Shown piece by piece: positions 49,303-59,873 of a DNA stretch of 64,000 nt. The translations under genes were made by a program, and so were the position numbers. Position 1 is the first letter of the stretch, and every line of letters starts with the position of its first letter. Source of the DNA: Bacteroidota bacterium (GTDB lineage: Bacteria > Bacteroidota > Ignavibacteria > UBA10030); NCBI GenBank assembly GCA_035574455.1, contig DATLYT010000110.1:8882-72881 (forward strand), written 5' to 3'. The notes under the pieces are model-generated. The model had not been told where the DNA came from. It searched no databases and saw only the letters and a program-made list of their open reading frames with translations.

Positions 49303-49638
49303 TTAGAACATCTCGTGACAATTCTTACAGACCCGCATTGTTTTCTTCTTGTTCTTCGAAGGGTCAATGACGTGCGCATGACCCACCCGCGACGCCTTGT
49401 TGCATTTCGGGCAGATGACCATCACGTTGGACGCGTGAATGGATGCTTCTTTCTGCACAACGCCGCCCTGAGGATTCTTTTGCGAGGGGCGGGTATGACG
49501 CTTGACAATATTGACATTCTCGACGATCACCCTGTGCTCCGTCGGGAACACCTTCAATACTTTACCCTGCTTGCCGCGGGCGTTACCGGCGATGACGAGA
49601 ACGTTGTCGTTCTTATGTACGTGAAGGTTCAGTGCCAT
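49303..49638 (-). CDS. rplX: 50S ribosomal protein L24 with a C-terminal CxxC...CxxC zinc-ribbon-like tail.
   Basis: KOW core (..[18 protein letters not shown]..), then ..[41 protein letters not shown]. Confidence 0.9.
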   Translation of the reverse strand: MALNLHVHKNDNVLVIAGNARGKQGKVLKVFPTEHRVIVENVNIVKRHTRPSQKNPQGGVVQKEASIHASNVMVICPKCNKASRVGHAHVIDPSKNKKKTMRVCKNCHEMF

Positions 49639-49644
49639 AGTCTC

Positions 49645-50013
49645 TTAGAGTACCTCGGGTGCTAGGGAAACGATTTTCATGAATTGCCGCTCACGGAGTT
49701 CGCGTGCCACCGGACCGAAGATACGCGTACCGCGTGGCTCGCCTTGTGGCGTCAGGAGAACGGCGGCGTTCTCGTCGAAGCGGATGTATGAGCCATCTTT
49801 GCGACGCGTTTCCTTCTTCGTGCGTACAACAACGGCACGGGAGACATCACCTTTCTTCACCGGCGCACCGGGGATGGCACTCTTCACCGAGACGACAATG
49901 AGGTCGCCCACGCCTGCATAGCGCTTGTCGTGTCCACCCAACACGCGAATGCAGCGCACTTTTTTTGCGCCGGAATTATCGGCGACGACTAAATTCGTTT
50001 CTTCCTGGATCAT
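49645..50013 (-). CDS. rplN: 50S ribosomal protein L14.
   Basis: [27 protein letters not shown]... Confidence 0.95.
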   Translation of the reverse strand: MIQEETNLVVADNSGAKKVRCIRVLGGHDKRYAGVGDLIVVSVKSAIPGAPVKKGDVSRAVVVRTKKETRRKDGSYIRFDENAAVLLTPQGEPRGTRIFGPVARELRERQFMKIVSLAPEVL

Positions 50014-50055
50014 TGCACGTCACTCCTGATATCCCTCGCCAGCGTGCGAAGGCTG

Positions 50056-50331
50056 CTATTTTGCTTTTTCAACAATTTCGACCAAGCGCCACCGCTTGCG
50101 TTTGCTCAGCGGCCGCGTTTCCATCACTTTCACCAGATCGCCAATGCCCGCCTCGTTCTTTTCATCGTGCGCCATCAGCGTTGATGTCGAACGAAAGTAC
50201 TTCTTATAGATAGGATGAGGCACCTTGCGCTCAATCGCCACCACGATACTTTTCTGCATCTTGTTACTGATGACTTTGCCGATACGAACCTTGCGACGGC
50301 CACGTGCCTCTGTCTGCGTTTGCGTCTCCAT
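50056..50331 (-). CDS. rpsQ: 30S ribosomal protein S17.
   Basis: ..[34 protein letters not shown]... Confidence 0.95.
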   Translation of the reverse strand: METQTQTEARGRRKVRIGKVISNKMQKSIVVAIERKVPHPIYKKYFRSTSTLMAHDEKNEAGIGDLVKVMETRPLSKRKRWRLVEIVEKAK

Positions 50332-50333
50332 GC

Positions 50334-50579
50334 TTAGACTTTCTCTTCTTTCTTGTCAGCCTGATCAGTGCCCGAAGTTACAACTTGACCCTTGATTTGT
50401 CGCTCACGCAAAATCGTTCTCATGCGAGCGATGTCGCGCCGTGTCAGCATGATCTTCATCGGATTTTCGAGCTGACTGATGACTTTCTGGAATCGAAGGT
50501 GGGCGAGATTTTCTTCCGCCTCCTGAATTCGTTTTTGTAATTCTGCATCCGAGAGCTGTCGCAATTCAAACGCTTTCAT
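50334..50579 (-). CDS. rpmC: 50S ribosomal protein L29.
   Basis: [31 protein letters not shown]... Confidence 0.9.
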   Translation of the reverse strand: MKAFELRQLSDAELQKRIQEAEENLAHLRFQKVISQLENPMKIMLTRRDIARMRTILRERQIKGQVVTSGTDQADKKEEKV

Positions 50580-50584
50580 CGCCT

Positions 50585-51004
50585 TTACCCTTCGTAGTCC
50601 AATCGAGTAACCAACTTTGTTTTAATGGGCAGCTTGTGTGCTGCGATGTGGAACGCTTCATCCGCCAACTCCCGCGTCACACCGCCCAATTCGAACAAGA
50701 CACGCCCCGGTTTCACCACCGCCACCCAGAATTCCGGCGCACCCTTTCCACCACCTTGACGAGTCTCGGCAGGCTTTTTCGTGACCGGCTTGTCGGGGAA
50801 AATGCGAATCCACACTTTGCCTTCGCGTTTCATCATACGCGTCAGCGCGACGCGGGAGGCTTCAATCTGCCGCTGGGTAATCCAACCCGGCTCGAGTGCC
50901 TTCAACCCGAAGTCACCAAACGCTACGTAGTTGCCGCGGGTGGCCTTTCCGCGCATCCGACCGCGCTGGGCTTTACGATACTTTACTCGTTTCGGCATCA
51001 GCAT
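50585..51004 (-). CDS. rplP: 50S ribosomal protein L16.
   Basis: [25 protein letters not shown]... Confidence 0.95.
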   Translation of the reverse strand: MLMPKRVKYRKAQRGRMRGKATRGNYVAFGDFGLKALEPGWITQRQIEASRVALTRMMKREGKVWIRIFPDKPVTKKPAETRQGGGKGAPEFWVAVVKPGRVLFELGGVTRELADEAFHIAAHKLPIKTKLVTRLDYEG

Positions 51005-51047
51005 AACGACAAACTCTCCTCAATCTCTCCGTTGTTTTTCGACGTTG

Positions 51048-51689
51048 TTATGAGCGGGCTGCCACGTTGAGAATTTCGCCCTTGCAAATCCATACCTTCA
51101 CACCGATGGCGCCATAGATCGTGCGAGCCGTGGCCGTCGCATAATCGATGTCTGCGCGGATCGTCTGTAACGGGATCCGTCCATCCTTATAATGCTCGGT
51201 GCGGGCGATTTCCGCTCCACCCAACCGGCCTGCACACATGACGCGAATTCCTTCTGCTCCCATCCGCATGGCGGCGGTAATCGCCTGCTTCATGGCACGG
51301 CGGAATGAAATGCGCCCTTCCAACTGCGTCGCAACGTTTTCTGCCACAAGCTGTGCATCAAGCTCGGGCCGTTTGATTTCGTGAATCAAAATCTTGACTT
51401 CTTTCGAGGTGACCTTCTTGAGTTCTTCTTCCAACTGCGCGATTTCTTTTCCGCTCTTGCCAATCACGATTCCGGGTCGGGAGGTGTGAATGGTGATCAC
51501 TGCCCGTTTTGGCGTCCGCTCGATCTGAATTTTCGAGATTCCTGCTTTCTTCAACCGGTTGCGGATGTAGTTGCGAACCACCAAGTCTTCCTGCAACTTG
51601 CCCGCATAGCTTTTGCTATCGAACCAGTTCGAATCCCAGCTTTTCGTGATGCCGAGACGAAATCCGTTTGGATTGGTTTTTTGACCCAA
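51048..51689 (-). CDS. rpsC: 30S ribosomal protein S3.
   Basis: [22 protein letters not shown]... Confidence 0.95.
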   Translation of the reverse strand: MGQKTNPNGFRLGITKSWDSNWFDSKSYAGKLQEDLVVRNYIRNRLKKAGISKIQIERTPKRAVITIHTSRPGIVIGKSGKEIAQLEEELKKVTSKEVKILIHEIKRPELDAQLVAENVATQLEGRISFRRAMKQAITAAMRMGAEGIRVMCAGRLGGAEIARTEHYKDGRIPLQTIRADIDYATATARTIYGAIGVKVWICKGEILNVAARS

Positions 51690-51711
51690 GAGTTCCTCCG
51701 AAAGAATTCAA

Positions 51712-52209
51712 CTACGACTGTGGTGTTTCTGCTTTGGTTTTCTTCTTTGCCGTTGCTGCTGGTGTTTTCTTTGCTTTGGCTTCTTTCTGCTCGCTCGGTT
51801 TTACCGCCGCCTTCGGCTCCGGTTGTGTCGCCTTGGCCCGACGGGCGACCGAGGGCTTCACACTCTGTTCACGCTGTGCGATCACAATCGTGATATGATT
51901 CGAGCGCTTACGAATCCGGTACGCGCGTCCCATCGGCGCCGGAGAAATGCGCTTGAGCATCGGACCGCCGTCCACGAAGGCTTCCTTCACGTACAGCGTC
52001 GCCGTGTCCACGCGCCCCGACTCTTCTTTGTTTTGGAAATTCGAGATCGCCGACCGCAGAACCTTCTCCGCCGTTTTTGCCGCATGCTTGGGGACAAAAT
52101 GGAGAATATTCAGGGCCTCGTCCACACCTTTCCCGCGAATCAAATCAATGACCAACCGCATCTTGCGCGGTGATGTCCCGACATATCGATTGATGGCTCG
52201 TGCTTCCAT
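51712..52209 (-). CDS. rplV: 50S ribosomal protein L22 (with a Lys/Ala-rich C-terminal extension).
   Basis: MEARAINRYVGTSPRKMRLVIDLIRGK..., then ..AKATQPEPKAAVKPSEQKEAKAKKTPAATAKKKTKAE. Confidence 0.95.
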   Translation of the reverse strand: MEARAINRYVGTSPRKMRLVIDLIRGKGVDEALNILHFVPKHAAKTAEKVLRSAISNFQNKEESGRVDTATLYVKEAFVDGGPMLKRISPAPMGRAYRIRKRSNHITIVIAQREQSVKPSVARRAKATQPEPKAAVKPSEQKEAKAKKTPAATAKKKTKAETPQS

Positions 52210-52221
52210 AGTTTGCTTGTC

Positions 52222-52512
52222 TTAGCTTGCAGGACTCGTTGTTTGTTCCGTCTTAATGCCCGGATGACCGCGGAAGATGCGTGTCGGGGCAAACTCGCCC
52301 AACTTGTGTCCCACCATCGCCTCCTGGATGTAGACGGGAATAAACTTGTTGCCGTTGTGCACGGCGAACGTATGCCCGACGAACTCTGGAATGATGGTGC
52401 AATCGCGCGCCCAGGTCTTGATGACGCGCTTCTGGTTCGCTTTGTTCAGCGCTTCGACTTTCTTCTGCAGTTTTGGGTCGACGTACGGACCCTTCTTCAG
52501 TGAACGACTCAT
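52222..52512 (-). CDS. rpsS: 30S ribosomal protein S19.
   Basis: [31 protein letters not shown]... Confidence 0.95.
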   Translation of the reverse strand: MSRSLKKGPYVDPKLQKKVEALNKANQKRVIKTWARDCTIIPEFVGHTFAVHNGNKFIPVYIQEAMVGHKLGEFAPTRIFRGHPGIKTEQTTSPAS

Positions 52513-52539
52513 AAGTGCTTTCTATCCAATACCGCTCAG

Positions 52540-53373
52540 TTATTTGCGACGCTTCACAATCAGTTTGTTAGAGGGATTCTTCCGCTTGCGCGTTTTGAGA
52601 CCCTTGGCATATTTGCCCCACGGCGATTCTGGATGCTGCCAGCCACCACCGCTCTTGGAACGGCCTTCACCGCCACCCATCGGATGATCGACCGGGTTCA
52701 TGGCCATACCGCGCGTCTGGGGACGGATGCCAAGCCAGCGCGAACGACCAGCCTTTCCGAGACTGATATTCTCATGGTCCGCGTTGCCAACAACGCCAAT
52801 CGTCGCATAGCAATCAATCGGCACTTTACGGACTTCACCCGAGGGCATCTTGAGTGTAGCAAAATTGCCTTCTTTTGCCATCAGCTGAATCGAGTTTCCT
52901 GCACTCCGGCCTAACTGACCGCCTTTACCGGGTCGAAGCTCGACGGTATTGACAAATGTGCTGACCGGAATTTCACGCAACGGCAACGCATTACCAACCT
53001 GCACCTCCACACCGGGGCCTGAGACGACGGTTGAACCGACTTTCAATCCCTCCGGTGCAATGATGTAGCGCTTTTCACCATCTTTGTAATGCAGAAGCGC
53101 AATGCGAGCCGAGCGGTTCGGGTCGTACTCAATCGCCGCAACTTTCGCTTCGATGCCGTGTTTATCGCGCTTGAAGTCGATGATGCGGTACATCCGCTTG
53201 TGTCCACCGCCGCGATGGCGCGAGGTAATGCGCCCCAAGTTGTTGCGCCCGCCCGACTTCTTATTCGGCACCAGGAGTGACTTCTCCGGCTCCTTCTTCG
53301 TGATCTCCTCAAACGTGGAGACCGAGAAGAAGCGGGTGCCGGGTGTAATCGGTCGTAATTTTCTGATTCCCAT
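52540..53373 (-). CDS. rplB: 50S ribosomal protein L2.
   Basis: 277 aa, ..[26 protein letters not shown]... Confidence 0.95.
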   Translation of the reverse strand: MGIRKLRPITPGTRFFSVSTFEEITKKEPEKSLLVPNKKSGGRNNLGRITSRHRGGGHKRMYRIIDFKRDKHGIEAKVAAIEYDPNRSARIALLHYKDGEKRYIIAPEGLKVGSTVVSGPGVEVQVGNALPLREIPVSTFVNTVELRPGKGGQLGRSAGNSIQLMAKEGNFATLKMPSGEVRKVPIDCYATIGVVGNADHENISLGKAGRSRWLGIRPQTRGMAMNPVDHPMGGGEGRSKSGGGWQHPESPWGKYAKGLKTRKRKNPSNKLIVKRRK

Positions 53374-53389
53374 GGGTTAATTCTTTCGC

Positions 53390-53680
53390 TCAAACATTCT
53401 CGAAGTAATCGATCTTGTCGCCTTCCTTCAACGTGACAATAGCCTTCTTCCACGAGCGTGTACGACCTTGAAAGCGGCCTGAACGTGTCAACTGGGTACG
53501 CTTTTTCCCGCCCACGCGCATCGTGCGGACGCTTTCGACCGTCACGTTAAACTTCTTCTCTACCGCCCTACCGATTTCGATCTTGTTGGCGTTCGGGTCA
53601 ACTTCGAACGCATACTGGCGTTTGTCCTGCAGCAAGGTAATCTTTTCTGTAATGATCGGGCGTCGGATAATTCCTAACAT
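53390..53680 (-). CDS. rplW: 50S ribosomal protein L23.
   Basis: MLGIIRRPIITEKITLLQ..; GGAG-type ribosome-binding site before the ATG at 53680 (the track start at 53704 would overlap rplD). Confidence 0.9.
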   Translation of the reverse strand: MLGIIRRPIITEKITLLQDKRQYAFEVDPNANKIEIGRAVEKKFNVTVESVRTMRVGGKKRTQLTRSGRFQGRTRSWKKAIVTLKEGDKIDYFENV

Positions 53681-53687
53681 GGCGACC

Positions 53688-54332
53688 TCAACTCCTCTCT
53701 CCATTCTTCAATAAAGAGTTTTCAAGAACGCCGAGAGCACTTTTCTGAAAGACCAGCACATCCGCGTTCAGAATCTCAAACGTCGAAGCCTTATCTGCCG
53801 GACGGATGTTGAGGGTCGGGATGTTGCGCCCGGATTTCGTCAGGACACCGTTTGCGCCCGGCGTCATCAACAGCGTCTTCTTACCGTAGACCGAAAGGGC
53901 TTTCAAGACGGAGACGATCTGCTTTGTCTTGATCTGGTCGAACGTGAAATCTTCAACAACCATCACAGCTTGATCCTGCGCTTTGTAGCTGAGGGCGGAC
54001 TTGCGAGCAAGTTTCCGCATCTTTGTGGGAACGTCAACCACGTAATCATGCGGCATCGGACCAAAGATCGAGCCACCGCCCACCATGAGGGGAGAACGGA
54101 TCGTTCCTTGCCGTGCGTTACCCGTTTTCTTTTGTCGGAACGGTTTTTTGCCGCCACCGCGGACTTCGTTACGCGGCTTTACTTTGTGTGTCCCCTGTCG
54201 CTGATTCGCTTGAATCGACCGCACCACCATGTAGATGGCATGGTCGTTCGGCTTCACCCCGAAGATCTCCGGGGAGAGCGTTGCTTTTTCGCCGCTCGGT
54301 GAACCGTCTATTTTATACACATCCACTTGCAT
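53688..54332 (-). CDS. rplD: 50S ribosomal protein L4.
   Basis: MQVDVYKIDGSPSGEKATLSPEIFG... Confidence 0.95.
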   Translation of the reverse strand: MQVDVYKIDGSPSGEKATLSPEIFGVKPNDHAIYMVVRSIQANQRQGTHKVKPRNEVRGGGKKPFRQKKTGNARQGTIRSPLMVGGGSIFGPMPHDYVVDVPTKMRKLARKSALSYKAQDQAVMVVEDFTFDQIKTKQIVSVLKALSVYGKKTLLMTPGANGVLTKSGRNIPTLNIRPADKASTFEILNADVLVFQKSALGVLENSLLKNGERS

Positions 54333-54349
54333 CGGTCGTAATCCTTCGG

Positions 54350-54976
54350 TTAACCCTCTTTGACGATCTGGACATAGCTGTTGATCGCGCCCGGAATCGA
54401 ACCCTTCAGGATGAGAATATTGGATTCGGGGATCACCTTGACAACTCGCAGGTTGCGAATGGTGACCTGATCGTACCCCATGCGACCCGCCATACGCTGA
54501 CCCTTGAACACGCGTGACGGAAACGAACTGGCCCCAATGGAGCCGGGTGCGCGCACACGGTCGGACGCCCCGTGCGTTGTCATGCCAACGCCGCCGAAAT
54601 GGTGCCGCTTCACGACACCTTGAAAGCCGCGGCCCTTGGACCGGCCGGTCACATGGACGGTATCCCCTTGACTGAAAAGATCGACACGAACTTCTGCGCC
54701 GACTTCGCGGGGGAAACCGTTCGAAGCTTTGAACTCGCGAACGAAACGAACCGGCTTTACCTTCGCCTTGGCAAAATGTCCCTTCAACGGTTTGTTGACA
54801 AGACGCTCCGGCTTCGGGTCAAAGCCGAGCTGGACGGCATCGTAGCCGTCGCGCTCCTTGGTTTTCACCTGTGTCACGTAACACGGGCCCGCTTCGATGA
54901 TCGTGCAGGGTATTGCCTCACCCTTCTCATCGAAGAGACTCGTCATCCCAAGTTTTTTACCGAGTATGCCACTCAC
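54350..54976 (-). CDS. rplC: 50S ribosomal protein L3.
   Basis: [39 protein letters not shown]... Confidence 0.95.
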   Translation of the reverse strand: MSGILGKKLGMTSLFDEKGEAIPCTIIEAGPCYVTQVKTKERDGYDAVQLGFDPKPERLVNKPLKGHFAKAKVKPVRFVREFKASNGFPREVGAEVRVDLFSQGDTVHVTGRSKGRGFQGVVKRHHFGGVGMTTHGASDRVRAPGSIGASSFPSRVFKGQRMAGRMGYDQVTIRNLRVVKVIPESNILILKGSIPGAINSYVQIVKEG

Positions 54977-55020
54977 TGTGATCCACCTCCATGATAGTCG
55001 TCGTTACCGCGAGAGCTTCG

Positions 55021-55329
55021 TTAGACCTTGATCTCGACATCGACACCAGCCGGCAACTCGAGTTTCATCAACGAGTCAACCGTTTTGCTGGTGGAGTTGA
55101 GAATATCGATCAGCCGCTTGTGTGCGCGGGTCTCGAACTGTTCCCGCGACTTTTTGTCGACGTGCGGCGACCGAAGCACGGTAAAGAGAGACCGTTTCGT
55201 CGGCAGAGGAATCGGTCCCGAGACGACGGCACCCGTCGACTTCACCGTTTTGATGATCTTCTCGGCGGATTTGTCGATCAGGTTATGGTCGTACGACTTC
55301 AGTTTGATGCGTATTCTTTGACCAGCCAC
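55021..55329 (-). CDS. rpsJ: 30S ribosomal protein S10.
   Basis: [26 protein letters not shown]... Confidence 0.95.
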   Translation of the reverse strand: MAGQRIRIKLKSYDHNLIDKSAEKIIKTVKSTGAVVSGPIPLPTKRSLFTVLRSPHVDKKSREQFETRAHKRLIDILNSTSKTVDSLMKLELPAGVDVEIKV

Positions 55330-55405
55330 GCGCGTTCCTTGCGTTAAGAGCTACGTGTGAAAGAGTAAAAAAGAAGTTCCGACCGAATCGATCGGAACCT
55401 CGTTG

Positions 55406-56617
55406 TTATTCAATGATCTTTGTCACGACACCTGCACCGACGGTACGGCCTCCTTCACGAATAGCAAACCGGAGACCTTCTTCCATCGCGATCGGCGAGA
55501 TGAGCTCGATGTTGATGGCATCGAGGTTGTCGCCGGGCATCACCATCTCGACGCCCTGCGGCAGCGTCACAACACCCGTTACGTCCGTCGTGCGGAAATA
55601 GAATTGGGGACGATAACCCGTTAAGAACGGCGTATGGCGTCCACCTTCTTCTTTCTTCAGCACGTACACCTGGGCGGTGAACTTCTTATGCGGGGTAATC
55701 GAACCCGGCTTGGCGATGACCATGCCACGCTCAAGGTCTGTTTTCTCGATACCGCGCAGCAACAAGCCGGCGTTGTCTCCCGCGATGACTTCATCAAGTT
55801 CCTTGCGGAACATCTCCGCTCCCGTCACCACGGTCTTCTTGTGCTGGCCGAGACCAATGATCTCTACTTCGTCGCCAACCTTGCAACGACCGCGCTCGAC
55901 ACGACCGGTGCCGACCGTTCCACGACCGGTGATCGAGAAGACGTCTTCGACCGGCATGAGGAACGGCTTATCGACGTCGCGCTGGGGCAGAGGAATATAG
56001 GAATCGACCGCATCCATCAATTTGTAAATGCACTCGAATGCAGGATCGTCGGGCTTGGAATCAGGGCGCAACGCTGCTTCCATCGCCTTCAGCGCGGAAC
56101 CGCGGATAATGGGGATCTCATCGCCGGGGAATTCGTACTTTTTCAAGAGATCGCGCAGCTCTAACTCCACGAGGTCGAGCAATTCAGGGTCGTCCACGGC
56201 GTCCACTTTGTTCATGAACACAACGATCTTCGGCACACCAACCTGACGGGCCAAGAGAATGTGCTCACGGGTTTGCGGCATGGGACCGTCCGTTGCTGCG
56301 ACGACGAGGATCGCACCGTCCATCTGTGCGGCGCCAGTGATCATGTTCTTCACGTAATCGGCGTGGCCCGGGCAGTCGACGTGCGCGTAATGGCGTTTGT
56401 CAGTCGAATATTCGACGTGCGCGGTTGCAATTGTAATACCGCGTGCACGCTCTTCGGGCGCATTGTCGATCGAGTCGAACGTGCGAACTTCGGACAATCC
56501 TTTCTTCGCCAACACCATAGTGATGGCAGCCGTCAGGGTTGTCTTGCCGTGGTCAACGTGTCCGATCGTCCCGACGTTGACGTGCGGCTTGCTGCGATCA
56601 AATTTTCCTTTTGCCAT
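55406..56617 (-). CDS. tuf: Elongation factor Tu.
   Basis: ..[15 protein letters not shown].. and full-length EF-Tu conservation; 403 aa. Confidence 0.97.
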   Translation of the reverse strand: MAKGKFDRSKPHVNVGTIGHVDHGKTTLTAAITMVLAKKGLSEVRTFDSIDNAPEERARGITIATAHVEYSTDKRHYAHVDCPGHADYVKNMITGAAQMDGAILVVAATDGPMPQTREHILLARQVGVPKIVVFMNKVDAVDDPELLDLVELELRDLLKKYEFPGDEIPIIRGSALKAMEAALRPDSKPDDPAFECIYKLMDAVDSYIPLPQRDVDKPFLMPVEDVFSITGRGTVGTGRVERGRCKVGDEVEIIGLGQHKKTVVTGAEMFRKELDEVIAGDNAGLLLRGIEKTDLERGMVIAKPGSITPHKKFTAQVYVLKKEEGGRHTPFLTGYRPQFYFRTTDVTGVVTLPQGVEMVMPGDNLDAINIELISPIAMEEGLRFAIREGGRTVGAGVVTKIIE

Positions 56618-56676
56618 AGGACGGGTCTCCTTGTATTAGGGTCTAGTGTCGTCTGTGAACAATCGTACATCCAACG

Positions 56677-58779
56677 TCATGCTGGAACTGCTTCTTTACC
56701 TTTGACTTTCTCGATGATCTGGTCTGAGATCGAACGCGGTGCCTGCTCGTAGTGCGAGAATTGCATAGTGTAGAGTGCACGGCCCTGCGTCATCGACCGG
56801 AGGATCGTGGCGTAGCCAAACATCTCCGCCAGGGGAACCATCGCTCGAACCACCTGTGCGTCTTTGCGCGGCGTCATTCCTTCGATCTTTCCGCGACGGG
56901 AATTCAAATCGCCCATCACGTCACCCAGATACTCTTCCGGCGTTACGACTTCTACTGCCATGATGGGCTCGAGAAGAATTGGCCCGGCTTTCTTCGCGCC
57001 TTCTTTGAAGGCAATCGAGCCGGCAATCTTGAACGCCATCTCAGACGAGTCCACAGGATGGAATGAACCGTCAATGAGCTTCACTTTCACATCCTCAACC
57101 GGATAACCGGCGAGCACACCATTCCGCATCGCCTCCACAATGCCTTGCTCTGTCGGTTTGATGTATTCTTTCGGAACTACGCCGCCGACAATGGCATTCT
57201 CAAATTCGAAGCCTTTGCCTTTCTCGTTGGGCTCCATTTCGATAACCACATGGCCATACTGACCGCGACCGCCGGATTGGCGAACGAACTTACCTTCAGC
57301 GGTCACTTTCTTCGTGATCGTCTCCTTGTACGCAACCTGCGGCTTGCCAACGTTCGCCTCAACCTTAAACTCACGTTTCATCCGGTCAATAATAATCTCC
57401 AGATGGAGCTCGCCCATTCCGCTAATGATCGTCTGGCCTGTCTCCTCGTTGGAAGAAATGCGGAATGTTGGGTCTTCTTCCGCGAGTTTCTGCAGTGCTT
57501 CACCCAATTTTTCCTGATCAGCCTTTGTCTTCGGTTCAATAGCAACGTCAATCACCGGCTCGGGGAACGTCATCTTCTCAAGGATAATCGGGTCGCCCTC
57601 ATCCGTAAGGGTATCGCCCGTGCGCGTATGCTTGAGGCCAATGGCCGCTACAATGTCTCCGGCGTATGCTTCAGCAACTTCCTCGCGATGGTTTGCGTGC
57701 ATACGGAGGATACGGGCAACGCGCTCCTTCCGATCGGCGGTAGCATTGTAGACATAGGAACCCGCGGTAAGCGTTCCCGAGTAGACACGGAAATACGTGA
57801 GACGCCCGACAAACGGGTCGCTCATGATCTTGAACGCAAGCGCTGTAAACTTTTCGTTATCCGACACTTTGCGGACCACGTCATCATGCCGGTGGGGATG
57901 ATGCCCGTGAATTTCGCCGTTCGTGATGTCAAGCGGGGACGGGAGGAAATCCACCACAGCATCAAGAAGCAGTTGAACTCCTTTATTCTTAAAGGAAGAA
58001 CCGCAGAGTACGGGAATGATGCGGACTTTTAAACATGCCTGACGGAGCACTGCACGGATTTCGTCCGGTGAGATTTCCTGACCGTTGAGGTACTTCTCGA
58101 GCAGCGTGTCATCCTCGTCGGCAACGGCTTCCAACATCTTCATGCGATACTCGCTGGCTTTCTGCTTGAGTGAAGCCGGAATCTCAATGTCATCCCACGT
58201 CGTGCCGGCAGAATCTTCATGATACATGCGGGCTTTCATCGTGATAAGATCGATAATCCCCGCAAACATATCGCCTTCACCGACTGGCAGTTGAACCGGG
58301 ACAGCGTTAGCGGCAAGACGCGTCTTCATCATGTCCACAACGCCCAAGAAGTCAGCACCCGCGCGATCCATCTTGTTGACAAACGCGATACGAGGCACGC
58401 CGTACTTATCTGCTTGACGCCAGACTGTTTCCGATTGTGGCTCAACACCGCCCACGGAGCAGAACAAAGCCACAGCACCGTCGAGCACACGGAGTGATCG
58501 TTCGACTTCGATGGTGAAGTCCACATGACCCGGCGTGTCGATGATGTTGATGCGGTGATTGCGCCAGAAACAGGTAGTTGCCGCGCTCGTAATGGTGATC
58601 CCGCGCTCCTTCTCCTGCTCCATCCAATCCATCGTTGCGGCGCCGTCATGAACCTCGCCCATGCGGTGCAGGCGACCTGTGTAGAACAGGATGCGTTCCG
58701 TCGTGGTCGTCTTCCCGGCATCGATGTGTGCCATGATGCCGATGTTGCGAGTTTTTTCTAATGAGTATTCTCGAGGCAT
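56677..58779 (-). CDS. fusA: Elongation factor G.
   Basis: [31 protein letters not shown]...; ATG at 58779 preferred over the track start at 58809. Confidence 0.97.
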   Translation of the reverse strand: MPREYSLEKTRNIGIMAHIDAGKTTTTERILFYTGRLHRMGEVHDGAATMDWMEQEKERGITITSAATTCFWRNHRINIIDTPGHVDFTIEVERSLRVLDGAVALFCSVGGVEPQSETVWRQADKYGVPRIAFVNKMDRAGADFLGVVDMMKTRLAANAVPVQLPVGEGDMFAGIIDLITMKARMYHEDSAGTTWDDIEIPASLKQKASEYRMKMLEAVADEDDTLLEKYLNGQEISPDEIRAVLRQACLKVRIIPVLCGSSFKNKGVQLLLDAVVDFLPSPLDITNGEIHGHHPHRHDDVVRKVSDNEKFTALAFKIMSDPFVGRLTYFRVYSGTLTAGSYVYNATADRKERVARILRMHANHREEVAEAYAGDIVAAIGLKHTRTGDTLTDEGDPIILEKMTFPEPVIDVAIEPKTKADQEKLGEALQKLAEEDPTFRISSNEETGQTIISGMGELHLEIIIDRMKREFKVEANVGKPQVAYKETITKKVTAEGKFVRQSGGRGQYGHVVIEMEPNEKGKGFEFENAIVGGVVPKEYIKPTEQGIVEAMRNGVLAGYPVEDVKVKLIDGSFHPVDSSEMAFKIAGSIAFKEGAKKAGPILLEPIMAVEVVTPEEYLGDVMGDLNSRRGKIEGMTPRKDAQVVRAMVPLAEMFGYATILRSMTQGRALYTMQFSHYEQAPRSISDQIIEKVKGKEAVPA

Positions 58780-58928
58780 AAAGTTCCCTTCAACTTCTCC
58801 ATCCAGCACAAGTCCGCTGCGGGCTGTCTAGCCTACGTAGCCGTTAGCTACTCTGGCGGCCAGGCCCGATGTCGTCGTTGCAAAAGCTCCTAATATAATT
58901 TCGTGTGTATGGTGTTCCGAAGAACGTC

Positions 58929-59396
58929 TTACCACTTAAAGTGGGCAAAAGCTTTATTGGCTTCTGCCATCCGATGCACATCTTCCTTCTTCTTAATCGC
59001 TCCACCTTCACCCGCTGCTGCAGCGATAAATTCGGCTGCGAGCTTATGTGCCATCGATTTATCCGAGCGTTCTTGAGCGTTGGTAATTAACCAGCGGATA
59101 GCAAGAGCGGTTCGCCGCTCGGGACGAACTTCTGTGGGTACTTGATAGGTAGCTCCACCGACTCTTCGAGCACGCACCTCGATTAACGGCGATGCGTTGT
59201 CGAGTGCTTTCTTAAATACTTCCAACGGAGTTTTCTTGGTTCGTTCTTGAATCAAGTCGAACGCTTCATATAGAATGCGACGCGCGAGATGTTTCTTTCC
59301 GCGCTTTAATAAGGCGTTCGTAAATCGACTGACCATCACGTCGTTAAACTTCGGGTCCGGGGTTGTAATTCGTCGTATTGCTCGTTTCTTGCGCAT
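58929..59396 (-). CDS. rpsG: 30S ribosomal protein S7.
   Basis: MRKKRAIRRITTPDPKFNDVMVSRFTN... Confidence 0.95.
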   Translation of the reverse strand: MRKKRAIRRITTPDPKFNDVMVSRFTNALLKRGKKHLARRILYEAFDLIQERTKKTPLEVFKKALDNASPLIEVRARRVGGATYQVPTEVRPERRTALAIRWLITNAQERSDKSMAHKLAAEFIAAAAGEGGAIKKKEDVHRMAEANKAFAHFKW

Positions 59397-59402
59397 AGGT
59401 TT

Positions 59403-59777
59403 TTACTGCTTGGGCTTTTTCGCTCCGTATTTCGACCTTCCCTGCTTACGATCCTGGACTCCTTGCGTATCAAGGCTACCACGGATGATGTGGTATCGAA
59501 CGCCCGGGAGGTCCTTGACCCTACCGCCTCGAATTAAGACAATCGAGTGTTCCTGAAGGTTATGACCTTCACCGGGAATATAGGCCGTGACCTCGATACC
59601 ATTTGTCAATCGCACGCGGGCAACTTTCCTGAGAGCTGAATTCGGCTTCTTCGGAGTTGTCGTGTAAACACGCGTGCAAACCCCCCGCTTCTGGGGACTT
59701 CCCTGCAGAGCTGGGGACTTACTTTTCCAGGTAATCTTCTCCCGACTTAAACGAACAAGCTGGTTAATTGTTGGCAA
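59403..59777 (-). CDS. rpsL: 30S ribosomal protein S12.
   Basis: [52 protein letters not shown]... Confidence 0.97.
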   Translation of the reverse strand: MPTINQLVRLSREKITWKSKSPALQGSPQKRGVCTRVYTTTPKKPNSALRKVARVRLTNGIEVTAYIPGEGHNLQEHSIVLIRGGRVKDLPGVRYHIIRGSLDTQGVQDRKQGRSKYGAKKPKQ

Positions 59778-59873
59778 TCAGTGTTTCTCCGTTAGAAAGC
59801 GCTTCAATTTTTGTGAAAGCTTTTCAATGTAGTAAATTTTGAGGAAAATGTCAACAAACTCTTCCTCAAAATC

